From: an uncultured Acidobacteriota bacterium
GTDB taxonomy: Bacteria; Acidobacteriota; Thermoanaerobaculia; Multivoradales; JAHEKO01
Assembly: GCA_963713825.1 (NCBI GenBank)
Contig: CAVQNG010000003.1
Span: 352,001-416,000, forward strand
Length of the DNA stretch: 64,000 bases
Direction: 5' to 3'
Shown: one piece after another, positions 41,711 through 52,630 of the stretch
Layout of the letters: each line of letters begins with the position of its first letter
Numbering within the stretch: position 1 is the stretch's first letter
Notes under the pieces: model-generated
Told to the model about the DNA's origin: nothing
Database searches by the model: none
The model's input: the letters and a program-made list of their open reading frames with translations, nothing else
Position numbers and translations under genes: made by a program

Positions 41711-43216
41711 CTACCGTTGGGGAGCTGGAGTCTCGAGAAGGATGTGAAGCAGGTTGTTCTGGAAGGTCGGATTGCCCAGCAGGGTGCGGTGCATATCCGT
41801 CAGGAAGATCTTCCGGTTCCACGGAATGGGCGAGCTGACGAATCCCGTGTCGCCACCGAGAAGCCGCTCGTCGGCTACTGCAGAGGCGCGGGTGACGGAA
41901 CCGTCGCCCGGAGCCTTGAGAGTCAGGGCCTTCGTGTTGTCGAAACGCAACACCAGCTTGCCGTCTTTCTCGGTCACCCACGCTCTTGCCGGCGTCGGCT
42001 GCACATCGGCGGCAAACAGGGTGAGCTCTGCGGGACAGGGCTCATCGGCGTGCTGGTCCATGACTCCGAAAAACTGACGGGCTCTTGTAAAAGCCGCTTC
42101 CATGAAATCGCGAATCTTCTTCTCGCGCTCCTGCGCGGAAGGCTCCCCAGGAAAGACCCACGCCAGATACTTGTCTTGTCCGGGAGCAAAGGGTCCCCAG
42201 TCATTCTCGAACCAGGTTTGGGCTGAGAGGAAATCGATCTCGATGGCATCGCCCGCCGCATCCACCCAGACCTTCTGCCCCTCTCTGGGCACCATCTGGT
42301 AGGCGGATACCCAGGTCGCGATCATGGCGGGCTCGAATTTGATCCACGGATAGCGCCGACCGAGGACCATCTCCTTGAAGACCCGCATGGAACCGAAGTT
42401 GGGTGTCGAAATCATGATCAGCCGGTCCAGGTAGTCGGCTCCGGCCCAGGTCACAGTGGGTTTCGGGTCCTCCAGAACGTCTTCCGCTCCGTATCGCAGG
42501 AAGTACCGGGCCACCAGCCCCCCCATGGAGTGGGCGATAAGGTCGAACCGGACTTCCTCGTTGCCTCCTGTGCCTGCAGAGCTCGCGACCTCGGCTATCT
42601 GCTGACGCGCCTTTTCGAGGAACCGTCCCAGTCGAATCGCATTGCCCACGTTGTCCTGGCGCCAGTCATAGAAGAAGGTCAAGCAGGGCGGGGTCTCGAG
42701 ATTCGCGATCGCTGTCGGATTTTCCTGGCATGAGCCATAGCCGGACTCCTCCATCAACTCGACCAGCGCCGCGTAGATGCCGATGTTGACATCCATCACG
42801 CCGGCATCGGCTGTGACTTCCTGGAGTAGCCCGACGGCCTGGGTGTCGTCTTCGATGAAAGCCAAGCGGCCCGGATCCAGCGGAGGCTGCAGCCGATCGA
42901 CGTCCAGGGCGATGGCCTCCAGGCCACCCGGTTTCGAAGGCAGCAGAGAGTTTTTCGTAAAGAGGGTTCCCCAAACCGTGGCGCCATCCTCGACTCGACG
43001 CAGCGTGGAGCCGGCGAAGCCGTGAATCAGCACCACCGGGTTGCGCTGCGCGTTGGGCAGGGCGGCTTTATAGATGGCCTCCATATCCGAGCTCGGATAT
43101 TGAGCCGCTACCTGACGAGCCGTCTTGCACCCTGCGCTGAGGACGGCCGTGAGCAGCAGAACCGCCACGGCTAGAGCACGCTGTTTGGCTTTCGCTGAGA
43201 CCACCGGCAACATCAC
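41711..43216 (-). CDS. Lipase/acyltransferase (LCAT/PGAP1-like) lipoprotein
   Basis: Lipobox SAGC; VVLIHGFAGS, FFYDWR, IAHSMGG, TPNFGS, PGDGSV. Confidence 0.85.
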   Translation of the reverse strand: MMLPVVSAKAKQRALAVAVLLLTAVLSAGCKTARQVAAQYPSSDMEAIYKAALPNAQRNPVVLIHGFAGSTLRRVEDGATVWGTLFTKNSLLPSKPGGLEAIALDVDRLQPPLDPGRLAFIEDDTQAVGLLQEVTADAGVMDVNIGIYAALVELMEESGYGSCQENPTAIANLETPPCLTFFYDWRQDNVGNAIRLGRFLEKARQQIAEVASSAGTGGNEEVRFDLIAHSMGGLVARYFLRYGAEDVLEDPKPTVTWAGADYLDRLIMISTPNFGSMRVFKEMVLGRRYPWIKFEPAMIATWVSAYQMVPREGQKVWVDAAGDAIEIDFLSAQTWFENDWGPFAPGQDKYLAWVFPGEPSAQEREKKIRDFMEAAFTRARQFFGVMDQHADEPCPAELTLFAADVQPTPARAWVTEKDGKLVLRFDNTKALTLKAPGDGSVTRASAVADERLLGGDTGFVSSPIPWNRKIFLTDMHRTLLGNPTFQNNLLHILLETPAPQR

Positions 43217-43339
43217 TTCCTCTCCCGGTCAACCTCTTCCCCGGGGCGGGCCCAGATGCTAGCAGCAACGGCATGGCCGATCAGAACGTCCTGCCCCCCC
43301 GGCGATGCCGACTGCGACGAGGTTCGAACGGTCTGGAAC

Positions 43340-43517
43340 GGCATGAACGACCGACGGCGTGTACTCCAACTACATGGATGGCGACGAAGATGGGCGCGCG
43401 GTGGCGGCCTTTGCAGACAACCTGGAGCGACTGAAGGTCATCAAGGCGAAGTACGATCCGGACAACTTCTTCAACGCCAACCAGAACATCGTCCCGGTCG
43501 CGACGGCCGTCGACTAG
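43340..43517 (+). pseudogene. C-terminal BBE-domain fragment of an FAD-linked oxidoreductase
   Basis: Frame not in the track: GVYSNYMDGDE...NLERLKVIKAKYDPDNFFNANQNIVP...*; no upstream FAD-binding domain. Confidence 0.75.
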
Positions 43518-43633
43518 GTCGGCACCTGTTTCGACCCCTCACAAACTCGTGTGGCACCGAGATTCGTCCTCTGGCCATCGAGACAAATCGGGGGCTTCAC
43601 CAACAGGCGGATGCGCTACAATCCGCTGCACAC

Positions 43634-46096
43634 GTGATTGGACAAACGCTTTCTCACTACAAAATCACCGGCAAGCTGGGCGAAGGCGGTATGGGGGCGG
43701 TCTATCGAGCCCAGGACTCCGAGCTCGACCGCGAAGTAGCCCTCAAGGTTCTGCCTGCCGAGATGGCGGAAGATTCTGATCGGCTCGAGCGCTTCCAACG
43801 CGAGGCCAAGGCGGTCGCTGCTCTCAATCATCCCAACATCATCACCATCCACTCGATCGAATCTGCCGTAATCGAGGAAGAAGTCGGAGAGGAGAGCTCC
43901 GCCGCCTCGAGAACAGTTCATTTCATGACCATGGAGCTGATCGATGGCGACAGCCTCGATGGCCTACTGCCGCCAGGCGGCCTATCGCTATCGAGGACAT
44001 TCGACATCGCGATTCCACTCGCCGAAGCTCTGACGGTGGCCCACGAGAAGGGCATCGTTCACCGGGATCTCAAGCCGGCGAACGTCATGCTGACCAGAGA
44101 TGGGAGGGTCAAGGTACTGGATTTCGGGCTGGCCAAACTGGCTGCTGGGGGAGACCCGGCCGCAGACGGTGAGGCCACCGAGATGGCGACTCGAACAGCC
44201 CTCACTCGGGAAGGCGTGGTCATGGGCACTGCGCCCTATATGTCGCCAGAGCAGGTGCAGGGTGAACGGGTCGATCAGCGCACAGACATCTTTTCGCTGG
44301 GAATCGTGCTCTACGAGATGGTCACCGGACAGCGGCCCTTTCAAGGCAGCAACTCTGCGGCATTGGTGTCCAGCATTCTGAAAGACACTCCGCCCCCAGC
44401 CATCGAGGTGCGCACCGACTTACCGCGCCACCTGGGCCGGATCATCCAGCGCTGTCTGGAGAAGGAGCCCCGGGAGCGCTATCAAACAGCCCTCGATGTG
44501 GGAAACGAGTTGAAGGGGATCCGCAAGGAGTTGGAATCGGGCGAGCTCTCCAAGGCGAGTGGGACGCAACCGGCAGCACCGCAGTCTGCCGAGGTCTCAG
44601 CGGCGACAACCGCACACTCCGACTCGATGCCACAGGTCCATGCACCTCGTCGTGGTCTTTGGGCAGCAGTGGCGGCTGCAGTAGTCGTGCTGGTGCTGGC
44701 CGTTGGCTGGTGGCTCGGCCGTGGCTCTGGGCCCGATCGACCAGCGAGCGAATCAACCGATCGAGCCACGGGTTCCGCCTCGACCATGGCGACCAGACCC
44801 TCGACCGAGCCCTCAGTCGCAGTGCTGCCCTTCGCCGACTTGAGCCCGAACAAGGACCAGGAGTACTTCACGGACGGGTTGACCGAAGAGCTCATCCAGG
44901 CTCTCGCCAAGGTCGAAGGGCTCCAGATTCCTGCCCGCACTTCGGTCTTTGCTCTCAAGGGCACCAACCTGAGTGTCCAGGAGATCGGCGATCGCCTGGG
45001 TGTCGAGAACGTCCTCGAAGGCAGTGTCCGCAAGTCGGGGAATCAGCTGCGCATCAGCGCCCAATTGATCAAGACGTCGGACGGTTTCAACCTCTGGTCC
45101 GAGACCTACGACCGTGAGCTCGAAGATGTCTTCTCGATTCAGGACGAGATCGCGAGCAACATCGTCGGGGCTCTACAGCTGACCCTGAGTCCAGGCGAGA
45201 AGAGGGGGATTCAAGCCGAGCGCACTGCCGACGTCAGGGCGTACGACCTCTACCTGCGGGGCAGGGGATTCTTTCGGCGACGCACGATCGAGGGCTTTCA
45301 GTCGGCCCGTGATTTCTTCTCCGATGCCATCGAGCTGGACCCGGAGTTTGCCGCAGCCTACGCCGGACTGGCGGACACCTACACCGAGATCTGGACCAAC
45401 TACGAGGGGACCGACGAGAACCTGGCCAAGGCGGAGGAAGCGAGTCGAAAGGCAATCGAGCTCGATCCCAACCTCGCGGAGGCTCACGTGGCACGAGGCT
45501 ATGCCCTCGGGCGACAGCAGTACGGAGAGGCCGAGCGGGAGTTTCAGATCGCCATCGAGCTCAACCCAGGGCTCTTCGAAGCCTATTATTCCTATGGTCT
45601 TTCCGCCTTCGCGCAGGGAGAAATGGAGAAGGCGGCCCAGATGCTGGAAAAGGCCCATGAGGTCGCTCCGGAGGACGAAAGAGCCCTGCGACTTCTGCCT
45701 CAGGTCTACCGCAGCCTCGGCCGTCTGGAAGATGCGAGCAAGGCCAACGAACGCCGACTGGTTCTGGCGGAGAAGCGCCTCGAGCTCCATCCCGAGGATG
45801 TCTATACCCTCCTCGACGGAGCGTACTCGCTGGCCGATCTCGGCAAACGGGAGCGTAGCTTGGAGTGGGCTGCCCGGGTGTTGGAGGCGCAAACGGACGA
45901 CGGTCTGATTCTCTACAACCTCGGCTGTTTCTTCTCCATCGCCGGCGAAGCCGAGCCTGCTCTCGATGCACTGGAGAGGTCCTACGAGGCGGGATTGTCC
46001 GACCCCGATTGGATGGCCCAGGACAGCGACCTCGACAACATCCGCGACCAGCCCCGGTACAAGGCTCTCGTCGAGCGCATGGAAGCCGACAGGTAG
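43634..46096 (+). CDS. Hanks-type Ser/Thr kinase with TM, TolB-N-like and TPR domains
   Basis: GTG start VIGQTLSHYKI; HRDLKPAN, DFG, SVAVLPFADLS, TPRs, C-terminal YNLGC...DSDLDNIR. Confidence 0.92.
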   Translation: MIGQTLSHYKITGKLGEGGMGAVYRAQDSELDREVALKVLPAEMAEDSDRLERFQREAKAVAALNHPNIITIHSIESAVIEEEVGEESSAASRTVHFMTMELIDGDSLDGLLPPGGLSLSRTFDIAIPLAEALTVAHEKGIVHRDLKPANVMLTRDGRVKVLDFGLAKLAAGGDPAADGEATEMATRTALTREGVVMGTAPYMSPEQVQGERVDQRTDIFSLGIVLYEMVTGQRPFQGSNSAALVSSILKDTPPPAIEVRTDLPRHLGRIIQRCLEKEPRERYQTALDVGNELKGIRKELESGELSKASGTQPAAPQSAEVSAATTAHSDSMPQVHAPRRGLWAAVAAAVVVLVLAVGWWLGRGSGPDRPASESTDRATGSASTMATRPSTEPSVAVLPFADLSPNKDQEYFTDGLTEELIQALAKVEGLQIPARTSVFALKGTNLSVQEIGDRLGVENVLEGSVRKSGNQLRISAQLIKTSDGFNLWSETYDRELEDVFSIQDEIASNIVGALQLTLSPGEKRGIQAERTADVRAYDLYLRGRGFFRRRTIEGFQSARDFFSDAIELDPEFAAAYAGLADTYTEIWTNYEGTDENLAKAEEASRKAIELDPNLAEAHVARGYALGRQQYGEAEREFQIAIELNPGLFEAYYSYGLSAFAQGEMEKAAQMLEKAHEVAPEDERALRLLPQVYRSLGRLEDASKANERRLVLAEKRLELHPEDVYTLLDGAYSLADLGKRERSLEWAARVLEAQTDDGLILYNLGCFFSIAGEAEPALDALERSYEAGLSDPDWMAQDSDLDNIRDQPRYKALVERMEADR

Positions 46097-46318
46097 AGAG
46101 CGTCTGATCGGGCGAACGCTCCGGGCTCGCTCTGGAGACGCAGCATTTTCCTGACTCTCCCAACCAACCTGGCTTCCCTTCAACGGTGTTGCTTCCCGGA
46201 GAGACGTACGAAACCACGACAATCTTCGCGCTCTCCGCGCATCGAAGCGCACCACCCGAACCCTGAAGAGAGTCTAGGACCGAGCCATAGCTGGTCGAGC
46301 CGGAGACCGGCCGGTCGA

Positions 46319-47008
46319 TCAGTCCTCCGTGCCGCCGATGAACTTGTAAACGGCCGCTCCCAGGAAGGCACCCGCGATTGGAGCGACCCAGAAGAGCCAC
46401 AACTGGGCAGTCGCCCAATCGCCGACAAACAGAGCAACACCGGTGCTCCGCGCTGGGTTGACCGATGTGTTGGTGACCGGGATGCTGATCAGGTGGATCA
46501 GGGTCAGCCCTAGACCGATGGCCAAGGGAGCGAAGCCTTGAGGTGCTCGCTTGTCCGTTGCACCGAGAATGATGACCAAAAACGCCATGGTCATGACGAC
46601 TTCACAAACCAGGGCAGCCAGCAAGGTGTAACCGCCTGGAGAGTGGGCGCCGTAACCATTGGAAGCGAAACCGTCGGACAAGCTGAAGCCGGCTTGACCG
46701 CTGGCAATGACATAGAGGACACCGCCCGCGACGACAGCACCCAGGACCTGCGCGATGATGTACGGCAGGAGTTGCTTCGCCTCGAACCGACCACCGGCCC
46801 ACAGCCCGATCGAAACCGCCGGATTGAGGTGGCAACCTGAAATGTGCCCAATCGCGTAGGCCATCGTGAGTACCGTCAGGCCAAAGGCGAACGCGACACC
46901 TAGCAGGCCAATCCCCACTTCGGGAAAAGCAGCGGCCAACACCGCACTGCCGCAGCCGCCCAGAACCAACCAGAACGTTCCAAAGAACTCCGCGCCGTAA
47001 GCCTTCAT
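46319..47008 (-). CDS. aqpZ: Aquaporin Z
   Basis: [45 protein letters not shown]. Confidence 0.95.
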   Translation of the reverse strand: MKAYGAEFFGTFWLVLGGCGSAVLAAAFPEVGIGLLGVAFAFGLTVLTMAYAIGHISGCHLNPAVSIGLWAGGRFEAKQLLPYIIAQVLGAVVAGGVLYVIASGQAGFSLSDGFASNGYGAHSPGGYTLLAALVCEVVMTMAFLVIILGATDKRAPQGFAPLAIGLGLTLIHLISIPVTNTSVNPARSTGVALFVGDWATAQLWLFWVAPIAGAFLGAAVYKFIGGTED

Positions 47009-47264
47009 CGTCTCCTCCTCCCGGTTGTTGAAGAACGGGCCCATTCTAACCGTGTCGGCACCTGAGCCGAGGGTCTTGGAGCAGCAACTCCTCCCTCGGG
47101 GCCCGTCCGGTCAGTTTTCAAAGGAAGATCGCGAACTGCGGAGAATTCACCCTCGCGACGCGTTTCCAGACAGGACGGGGTTCACGCCCGAGACCGCCAG
47201 TAACTCTGGCGGACCTACCCATGCGGACGGTTCGTCATCGGGGATAATCTGATACGCAGACGTC

Positions 47265-48545
47265 ATGAGCTCTCGGCTTCGATGCCTCGCCCTGATCACC
47301 GGCCTCCTGCTGGGTTCGGAAGCGTTCGCCCAGGCAGTTCTGACTCTGGAGCTCGACTACTCGAATCCCGGTGCTCGGAGTCTCGGTTTTGGGGGGGCGT
47401 TCGTTGGCCTGGCCGATGACGCCACCGCGGCCTACGCCAACCCGGCTGGTCTGGTCCAACTCTCGCGTCCGGAGATCTCGATCGAGGGGCGGTCCTGGAG
47501 CTACGCGACGCCCTATGTCTACGGCGGCCGTGCCAGTGGCGCCCCCACGGGGATCGGCATCGACACGACACCAGAATTGCGTTGGAGAGATTCAACGGCC
47601 GACTTCACCGGCCTTTCGTTTCTCTCCTACGTCCATCCCCTGAAGAAGTGGTCGCTGGCAATCTACCGCCATCAACTAGCCAGATTCGCGTCGTCCTACT
47701 CCACCAACGGACTCTTCGCCGAGGGCTCGACCTATCTCGATACCGACCGCTGGATCGACAGGCCCGGCTCCACCGACCTCGGTGTGGTCAGCTGGGGCTT
47801 CGCCGCCGCTCGCCGCATCAACGACTCGTTCAGCCTGGGCTTGACAGTCACCTACCTGGAAGTCGACCTCGATCTCGAGACCATCGCCTATCTTCCCGAC
47901 AGCGACACCCTGGAATCCTTCTTTTCGACCAACTCCTACCTCCCAGAGCGGTCGGCGTGGCGCACCTCGACGCGAGCGCACGACTCGGGCGAGGGGGCGA
48001 CTCTCGGATTTCTGTGGCAGCCAGCCAAGCGCTGGAGAGTGGGTGGCTTCGCGCATACGGGTTTCGACGTCCTCGCACGCTGGGATGGCTGGCTCGGACC
48101 CGCCTACACACCTGACAACCCGGGGGAGTGGAATTTTACCGGCCGCTGGGAGTTCCCACCGGTGGTCGGCCTGGGCTGTGCCTACACCTCCCGAGACGGA
48201 CGTGCCACCCTGAGCTTCGAGTGGGACTACGTGGCCGCTCTCTTCGAGGGAGATCCCGACGAGGCGATTCCCGACGTTCACGAGCTTCACCTGGGTGGCG
48301 AGTACGCCTTTCTGCAGAGTCGTCCCGTCCTCGCCGTGCGGCTCGGCGTCTGGCTCGACCCAGACCATCGTGTCCACTCCACAGTCGATGACGATCTATT
48401 CAGCGCGGTCCTCTCCCCCGGATCCGACACTCTCCACTACGCTGTCGGCCTCGGCGCTGCCTTCGAACGCGTTCAACTCGATCTGGCGGCGGATTTCTCG
48501 GATCTCCGCGACACTCTCTCGCTATCGGCGATCTTCTCGTTCTGA
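47265..48545 (+). CDS. FadL/OmpP1-family outer-membrane beta-barrel
   Basis: NPGARSLGFGGAFVGLADDATAAYANPAGL; C-terminal Phe. Confidence 0.85.
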   Translation: MSSRLRCLALITGLLLGSEAFAQAVLTLELDYSNPGARSLGFGGAFVGLADDATAAYANPAGLVQLSRPEISIEGRSWSYATPYVYGGRASGAPTGIGIDTTPELRWRDSTADFTGLSFLSYVHPLKKWSLAIYRHQLARFASSYSTNGLFAEGSTYLDTDRWIDRPGSTDLGVVSWGFAAARRINDSFSLGLTVTYLEVDLDLETIAYLPDSDTLESFFSTNSYLPERSAWRTSTRAHDSGEGATLGFLWQPAKRWRVGGFAHTGFDVLARWDGWLGPAYTPDNPGEWNFTGRWEFPPVVGLGCAYTSRDGRATLSFEWDYVAALFEGDPDEAIPDVHELHLGGEYAFLQSRPVLAVRLGVWLDPDHRVHSTVDDDLFSAVLSPGSDTLHYAVGLGAAFERVQLDLAADFSDLRDTLSLSAIFSF

Positions 48546-48556
48546 TCTTCTGCTGC

Positions 48557-50296
48557 CTACTCTTGATCCGTCCTGACAAACGCCAGGCCTCGGACCATGT
48601 CGCAGCTCAGGCTCAATCCCGTCACCTGATTGGAATCGTCTCGCTCGAGCAGAATCCGCACGTCCTGCGGATACCAGGGAACGGCAACAAAATGCCGGGC
48701 CAGGAGGTCATCAGGTCCGATCTGGACCGTCGGCGCAACAAGAGCATCGTCAGCCCATCCCAGGTGAATCCTCCCATCCTCGACCTGGAGCCGCAGCTCT
48801 CTCTCGAGCTCGTCGCTCCAGTATCTGCCTGCATAATCGGCAAGCGAACCTACAGGCAAGGACTCGAGACGCTTGAACTGCGTCGGTTCCTGTTCCTCGA
48901 TGGTGACCGTCATCGAGCGGGCTTGGATCCCGTTTCCAGTCGCGAACTCCACTTCAACGTGCCCTCCAACGTCGATCATGACGAACCGACCCGCTTCGAG
49001 TGCACCGAGCTCGGTCGAGTTGTCCTCTCCCCGGACGTAGTGAAGCACGCCGTCGCGAACTTCGATTGTTCGCAAGAGCAGATCGGGCTCGCTCCAGTAG
49101 GTGCCTTCGTACTCCGCCAGGGCGTCGAGCGGCAGGTCGACAGTGCCCGGTGCCTCGGATTCGGACGGCCGCGATTCTGGGGTCGCAGGCGCAGCCTCTC
49201 GTGTCGCACCCCCCGGAAGGAGATCGGCAACGCTCGACACCGGCATGTCGATCGACGAGGCGTTGGAGAGGAAGATGACGGTCAGGCGTCGCTCTGGGAA
49301 CCGCGATACCTGGGCCCGATAGCCCATCCAGGCCCCGCCATGCTCGATCACTGCTTGGCCTCCATAGTCGGAGACGAACAGACCGGCAGCGTAGTCGGCG
49401 GACTTGCCATCATTGAGAGTCCCCGGCGTGACCATTCTCTCGATCAGCGCGGCGCCACCGCTCAGCTTGTTGTCGTAGAAGTTGGCGTCCCACAGGGCCA
49501 GATCCTGGATGGTCGTGTACAACCCCGAGGGGCCTGCGAACGGTAGATACCACAGCGCCATTTCATAGCTGCCATCCGGGCCGGTTGAGTAAGGGATGGC
49601 GCGATCCTTGATGATCTGCCCAGGGGTGTCCCAGTAGACCGTGTGGCTCATGCCCAGCGGGCGGAAGATCCGCTCGTCGGCAAACTCACGCAGCGTTTGG
49701 CCACTGACCCGCTCGACCATGTAGGCCAGCAGGAGATAGCCGGAGTTGCTGTACAGGAACTGGCTCCCGGGAGCGAAGTTGAGCTCCTTCTGGCGGGTGA
49801 TGAGTTCCAGTTGTCGCGCCGGCGGGTAGTAATTCGTGTAGTGCCATCCAGCCAGGGGAATCAGCGTCTCGATGTCGCGCATGCCGCTGGTGTGATGCAG
49901 AAGGTGCCGGATCGTGATTGGATGCTCGTACTCCGGCAACTCCGGAAAGTAGTCTCGGACGTCGTCATCGAGCGACAGCTTGCCATCCTGTTCGAGCAGC
50001 AGGATGCACATGGCCGTGAACTGCTTGGAGACCGAGCCGATCTCGAAGACCGAGCGTGGCGTCAGGGCGACACCACGTTCGAGGTCGGCCATGCCAAACG
50101 CGTTCTCGTAGACGATTCGACCGTCCTGGATGACCGCCGCGACGACCCCGGGAGCAGCGCTGTTGTTCCGATCCGCAAAGAGCTCATCAATCTGGTCCGA
50201 CAGTGTTGGAGTCGCGGGCTCCGCCCCGGCTCCCAGCGCGAGAAACACGCATCCAATAGCCAAACAGGCCCATACCCTCGAACGCAGTCTCTTCAT
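48557..50296 (-). CDS. Secreted serine hydrolase (beta-lactamase / D-aminopeptidase-like)
   Basis: GSVSKQF (SxxK), LLHHTSG, YSNSGY, HGGAW. Confidence 0.9.
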   Translation of the reverse strand: MKRLRSRVWACLAIGCVFLALGAGAEPATPTLSDQIDELFADRNNSAAPGVVAAVIQDGRIVYENAFGMADLERGVALTPRSVFEIGSVSKQFTAMCILLLEQDGKLSLDDDVRDYFPELPEYEHPITIRHLLHHTSGMRDIETLIPLAGWHYTNYYPPARQLELITRQKELNFAPGSQFLYSNSGYLLLAYMVERVSGQTLREFADERIFRPLGMSHTVYWDTPGQIIKDRAIPYSTGPDGSYEMALWYLPFAGPSGLYTTIQDLALWDANFYDNKLSGGAALIERMVTPGTLNDGKSADYAAGLFVSDYGGQAVIEHGGAWMGYRAQVSRFPERRLTVIFLSNASSIDMPVSSVADLLPGGATREAAPATPESRPSESEAPGTVDLPLDALAEYEGTYWSEPDLLLRTIEVRDGVLHYVRGEDNSTELGALEAGRFVMIDVGGHVEVEFATGNGIQARSMTVTIEEQEPTQFKRLESLPVGSLADYAGRYWSDELERELRLQVEDGRIHLGWADDALVAPTVQIGPDDLLARHFVAVPWYPQDVRILLERDDSNQVTGLSLSCDMVRGLAFVRTDQE

Positions 50297-50473
50297 CGAA
50301 TCCCCTCCAGGAAGATCGAGGACAAATCCTTTCAGTCCTCGAGATTCACTACGAGTCCCCGATAGCCAAAGTTGCGACGATGGTTCGGGGCTACGGACAA
50401 CCCGCCGCCCGAGATCATCGAGCGGCGGGGAAGTGAATGCAGGCCGAGAACTGAAGAACGACGTTGGTGTCGG

Positions 50474-52630
50474 TCACTCGTCTTCGTAGTAGCTTCCCGC
50501 AGCAGGGGTGAGACGCCGGGCTTGTCCAATGAGGGTCACGAGATCCTGCACTCCCCGGTCACCGCGGAAATCAGCGGCGACAACCGCCGCCCGCTGCTCG
50601 AGCCTGTCGAGGCTGCCATCTTTGGCCCAGTAGGAGCCCTTGAGGATCTCGGCGAACTCCGCGACCACCGAGCTGAGACGTAGAGCCGGCGAGGCGTTCT
50701 CCCAACGGTTGGAGATATTCCTTCGCGTCAGATCGACGGCAGTTTCGACGACCTCACCAGAAGCCTTGGAGCGATACCGCAGCCGCAGTATGGCCAGAAG
50801 GTCACGCTTGCCGACATCCTCCTGGAGCTTGATCTCATATAGCGCGGTGATCTCGTGGCCAACACCGATCTCACCGGCGTCGACGCTGTCGTCGCGAAAT
50901 CGATCGTCGGCAATGTCCCGGTTCTCGTAGCCGATCAGACGATACCGGCTTACCGTTTCGGGATTGAACTCGACCTGGACCTTCGCGTCGGAGGCGATGG
51001 TCTGCAGAGTCCCCGTGAGGTTCTCGACGAAGATCCGTCGGGCCTCGTCCAGGGTATCGACGTAGGCGTAAGAGCCGTCGCCCTGATCGGCGAGCTGTTC
51101 CATCAACAGATCGTTGTAGTTGCCCATGCCGAAACCAATCGTGGTGAGCTCGACACCCTGGTCGGCACCGTTCTGGATGCGTTGCAGGATCGATTCTGGC
51201 CCGGTACGGCCGACGTTGGCGACGCCATCCGAGCACAGGATGATTCGGTTTATGGCGCCCCGGCGCCGGTAGCTTCTGGCGAGATCGTAGGCCAACGTCA
51301 GACCCTCCTCGGCGTTGGTCGAGCCATTTGGAACGAGACGCTGGATCGACCGCTCGATGGCGTACTTGTCACTGGTCGGCTCGAGTAGTATCTGCCCCCG
51401 GCTGCCGTAGACCACCAGACCGACCTGATCCTCGGGCTGCAACTGATCGAGCAGAAGCTCCAGAGAGCGCTTGACCAGACCGAGCCGATTCTCCTGCTGC
51501 ATCGAACCCGAGACATCGACCACGAAGATCAGCATGGCGGGCTGGCGCTCTGCGTCACTGATCTCACGACCCTTGATTCCAAACCGAACCAGCTGGTAGC
51601 GCGGCCCGGCGGCGAAGGGCGATGGCCCTCCCTCAGCGGTGATGGTGAACTCACCCCGGCGAGGGGCTGGATCGCCATAGTCGAAGTAGTTGATGAACTC
51701 CTCGACCCGGATGGCCTCACTCGGCGGCAGGTGACCTCGCTCGAGATAGCTGCGTGCAAGGGTGAAGGAGCCCGTGTCGACATCGAGCCCAAAGGTCGAC
51801 TGCGCATCGTCTTCGGTGTCGATAAACGGATTGGTGCCGTAACCCTTGAAGAACATGTCTCCGAAGGGATCGTCGTTGGGCTCGCGGGTTCCGCCCGTCG
51901 AAGGTGAAACGGTTGACTGGCTCTCCGGCGGCACTTCTCGAACTCTCCTTTGAGGCGCGTCAAGCATTCGCAGTGCCTCACGCCCTTCCTGGCTGCCGAG
52001 GTAGCTGTCGGTATCGACCTCATAGAAGCGGCCTGCGCTGGTATCGGCCATGTTGGAAGATTTCAGCTCTTCGGCCATTTCCGCAGCGGTTGGGGTTTCT
52101 TGCGGACTTTGCGTCTCGCTTCGTTTTGGCTCGATCGCAGATTCCAGCTCCACCCGCTCCCCATGTTCGCTCTCCGAGACATAGCCGAGGGCTTTCAGTC
52201 GCGTCTGCTCTTCAGCGGCCGCGGGGGGTGGTGGCGACGATGCGCCTTCGGTATCCACCGTAGTGACTGGATCGGCCGGGTCTGCTTCTCTGGCGACTGG
52301 CTCGACGGCATCTCTTTCGATGACAACTGGATCGACCGGGCTTGTCTCGGTGACGACTCGGCCCTCTGGCGCTTCTCGGCCTCCCAGCTGCGGCATAGAG
52401 GACTTCAAGGTCACTTGGAGGGCTAAATAGCCGCCCAACACCACAACAGCGATCGAGGCAGCGATCAGGCGGAGACGTCGGGCAGAAAAGGTGGCCTCCC
52501 GTTCGTCCTCGACCAGGTGAAGGTGGTCGGGAATCTCTTTCTGGATGCTCTCCAGAAGCCCCTCAGGCGGCTCGGGAGCTGCCGGCGGCGTCAGGCGATC
52601 TTCTATTCTCTTCATTTCGTTGCTATTCAC
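50474..52630 (-). CDS. YfbK-like vWA/DUF3520 membrane protein with anti-sigma-like N-terminus
   Basis: PPEGLLESI + TM helix, low-complexity linker, STFGLDVDTGS, DVSGSM (MIDAS), SDGVANVG, DAGEIG. Confidence 0.88.
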   Translation of the reverse strand: MNSNEMKRIEDRLTPPAAPEPPEGLLESIQKEIPDHLHLVEDEREATFSARRLRLIAASIAVVVLGGYLALQVTLKSSMPQLGGREAPEGRVVTETSPVDPVVIERDAVEPVAREADPADPVTTVDTEGASSPPPPAAAEEQTRLKALGYVSESEHGERVELESAIEPKRSETQSPQETPTAAEMAEELKSSNMADTSAGRFYEVDTDSYLGSQEGREALRMLDAPQRRVREVPPESQSTVSPSTGGTREPNDDPFGDMFFKGYGTNPFIDTEDDAQSTFGLDVDTGSFTLARSYLERGHLPPSEAIRVEEFINYFDYGDPAPRRGEFTITAEGGPSPFAAGPRYQLVRFGIKGREISDAERQPAMLIFVVDVSGSMQQENRLGLVKRSLELLLDQLQPEDQVGLVVYGSRGQILLEPTSDKYAIERSIQRLVPNGSTNAEEGLTLAYDLARSYRRRGAINRIILCSDGVANVGRTGPESILQRIQNGADQGVELTTIGFGMGNYNDLLMEQLADQGDGSYAYVDTLDEARRIFVENLTGTLQTIASDAKVQVEFNPETVSRYRLIGYENRDIADDRFRDDSVDAGEIGVGHEITALYEIKLQEDVGKRDLLAILRLRYRSKASGEVVETAVDLTRRNISNRWENASPALRLSSVVAEFAEILKGSYWAKDGSLDRLEQRAAVVAADFRGDRGVQDLVTLIGQARRLTPAAGSYYEDE

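Noticed and set aside
43256-43633. Apparent 126-aa N-terminal extension of the 946-aa kinase ORF
   Set aside because: It overlies an out-of-frame BBE fragment, and the kinase begins at the typical VIGQTLSHY start (GTG 43634).
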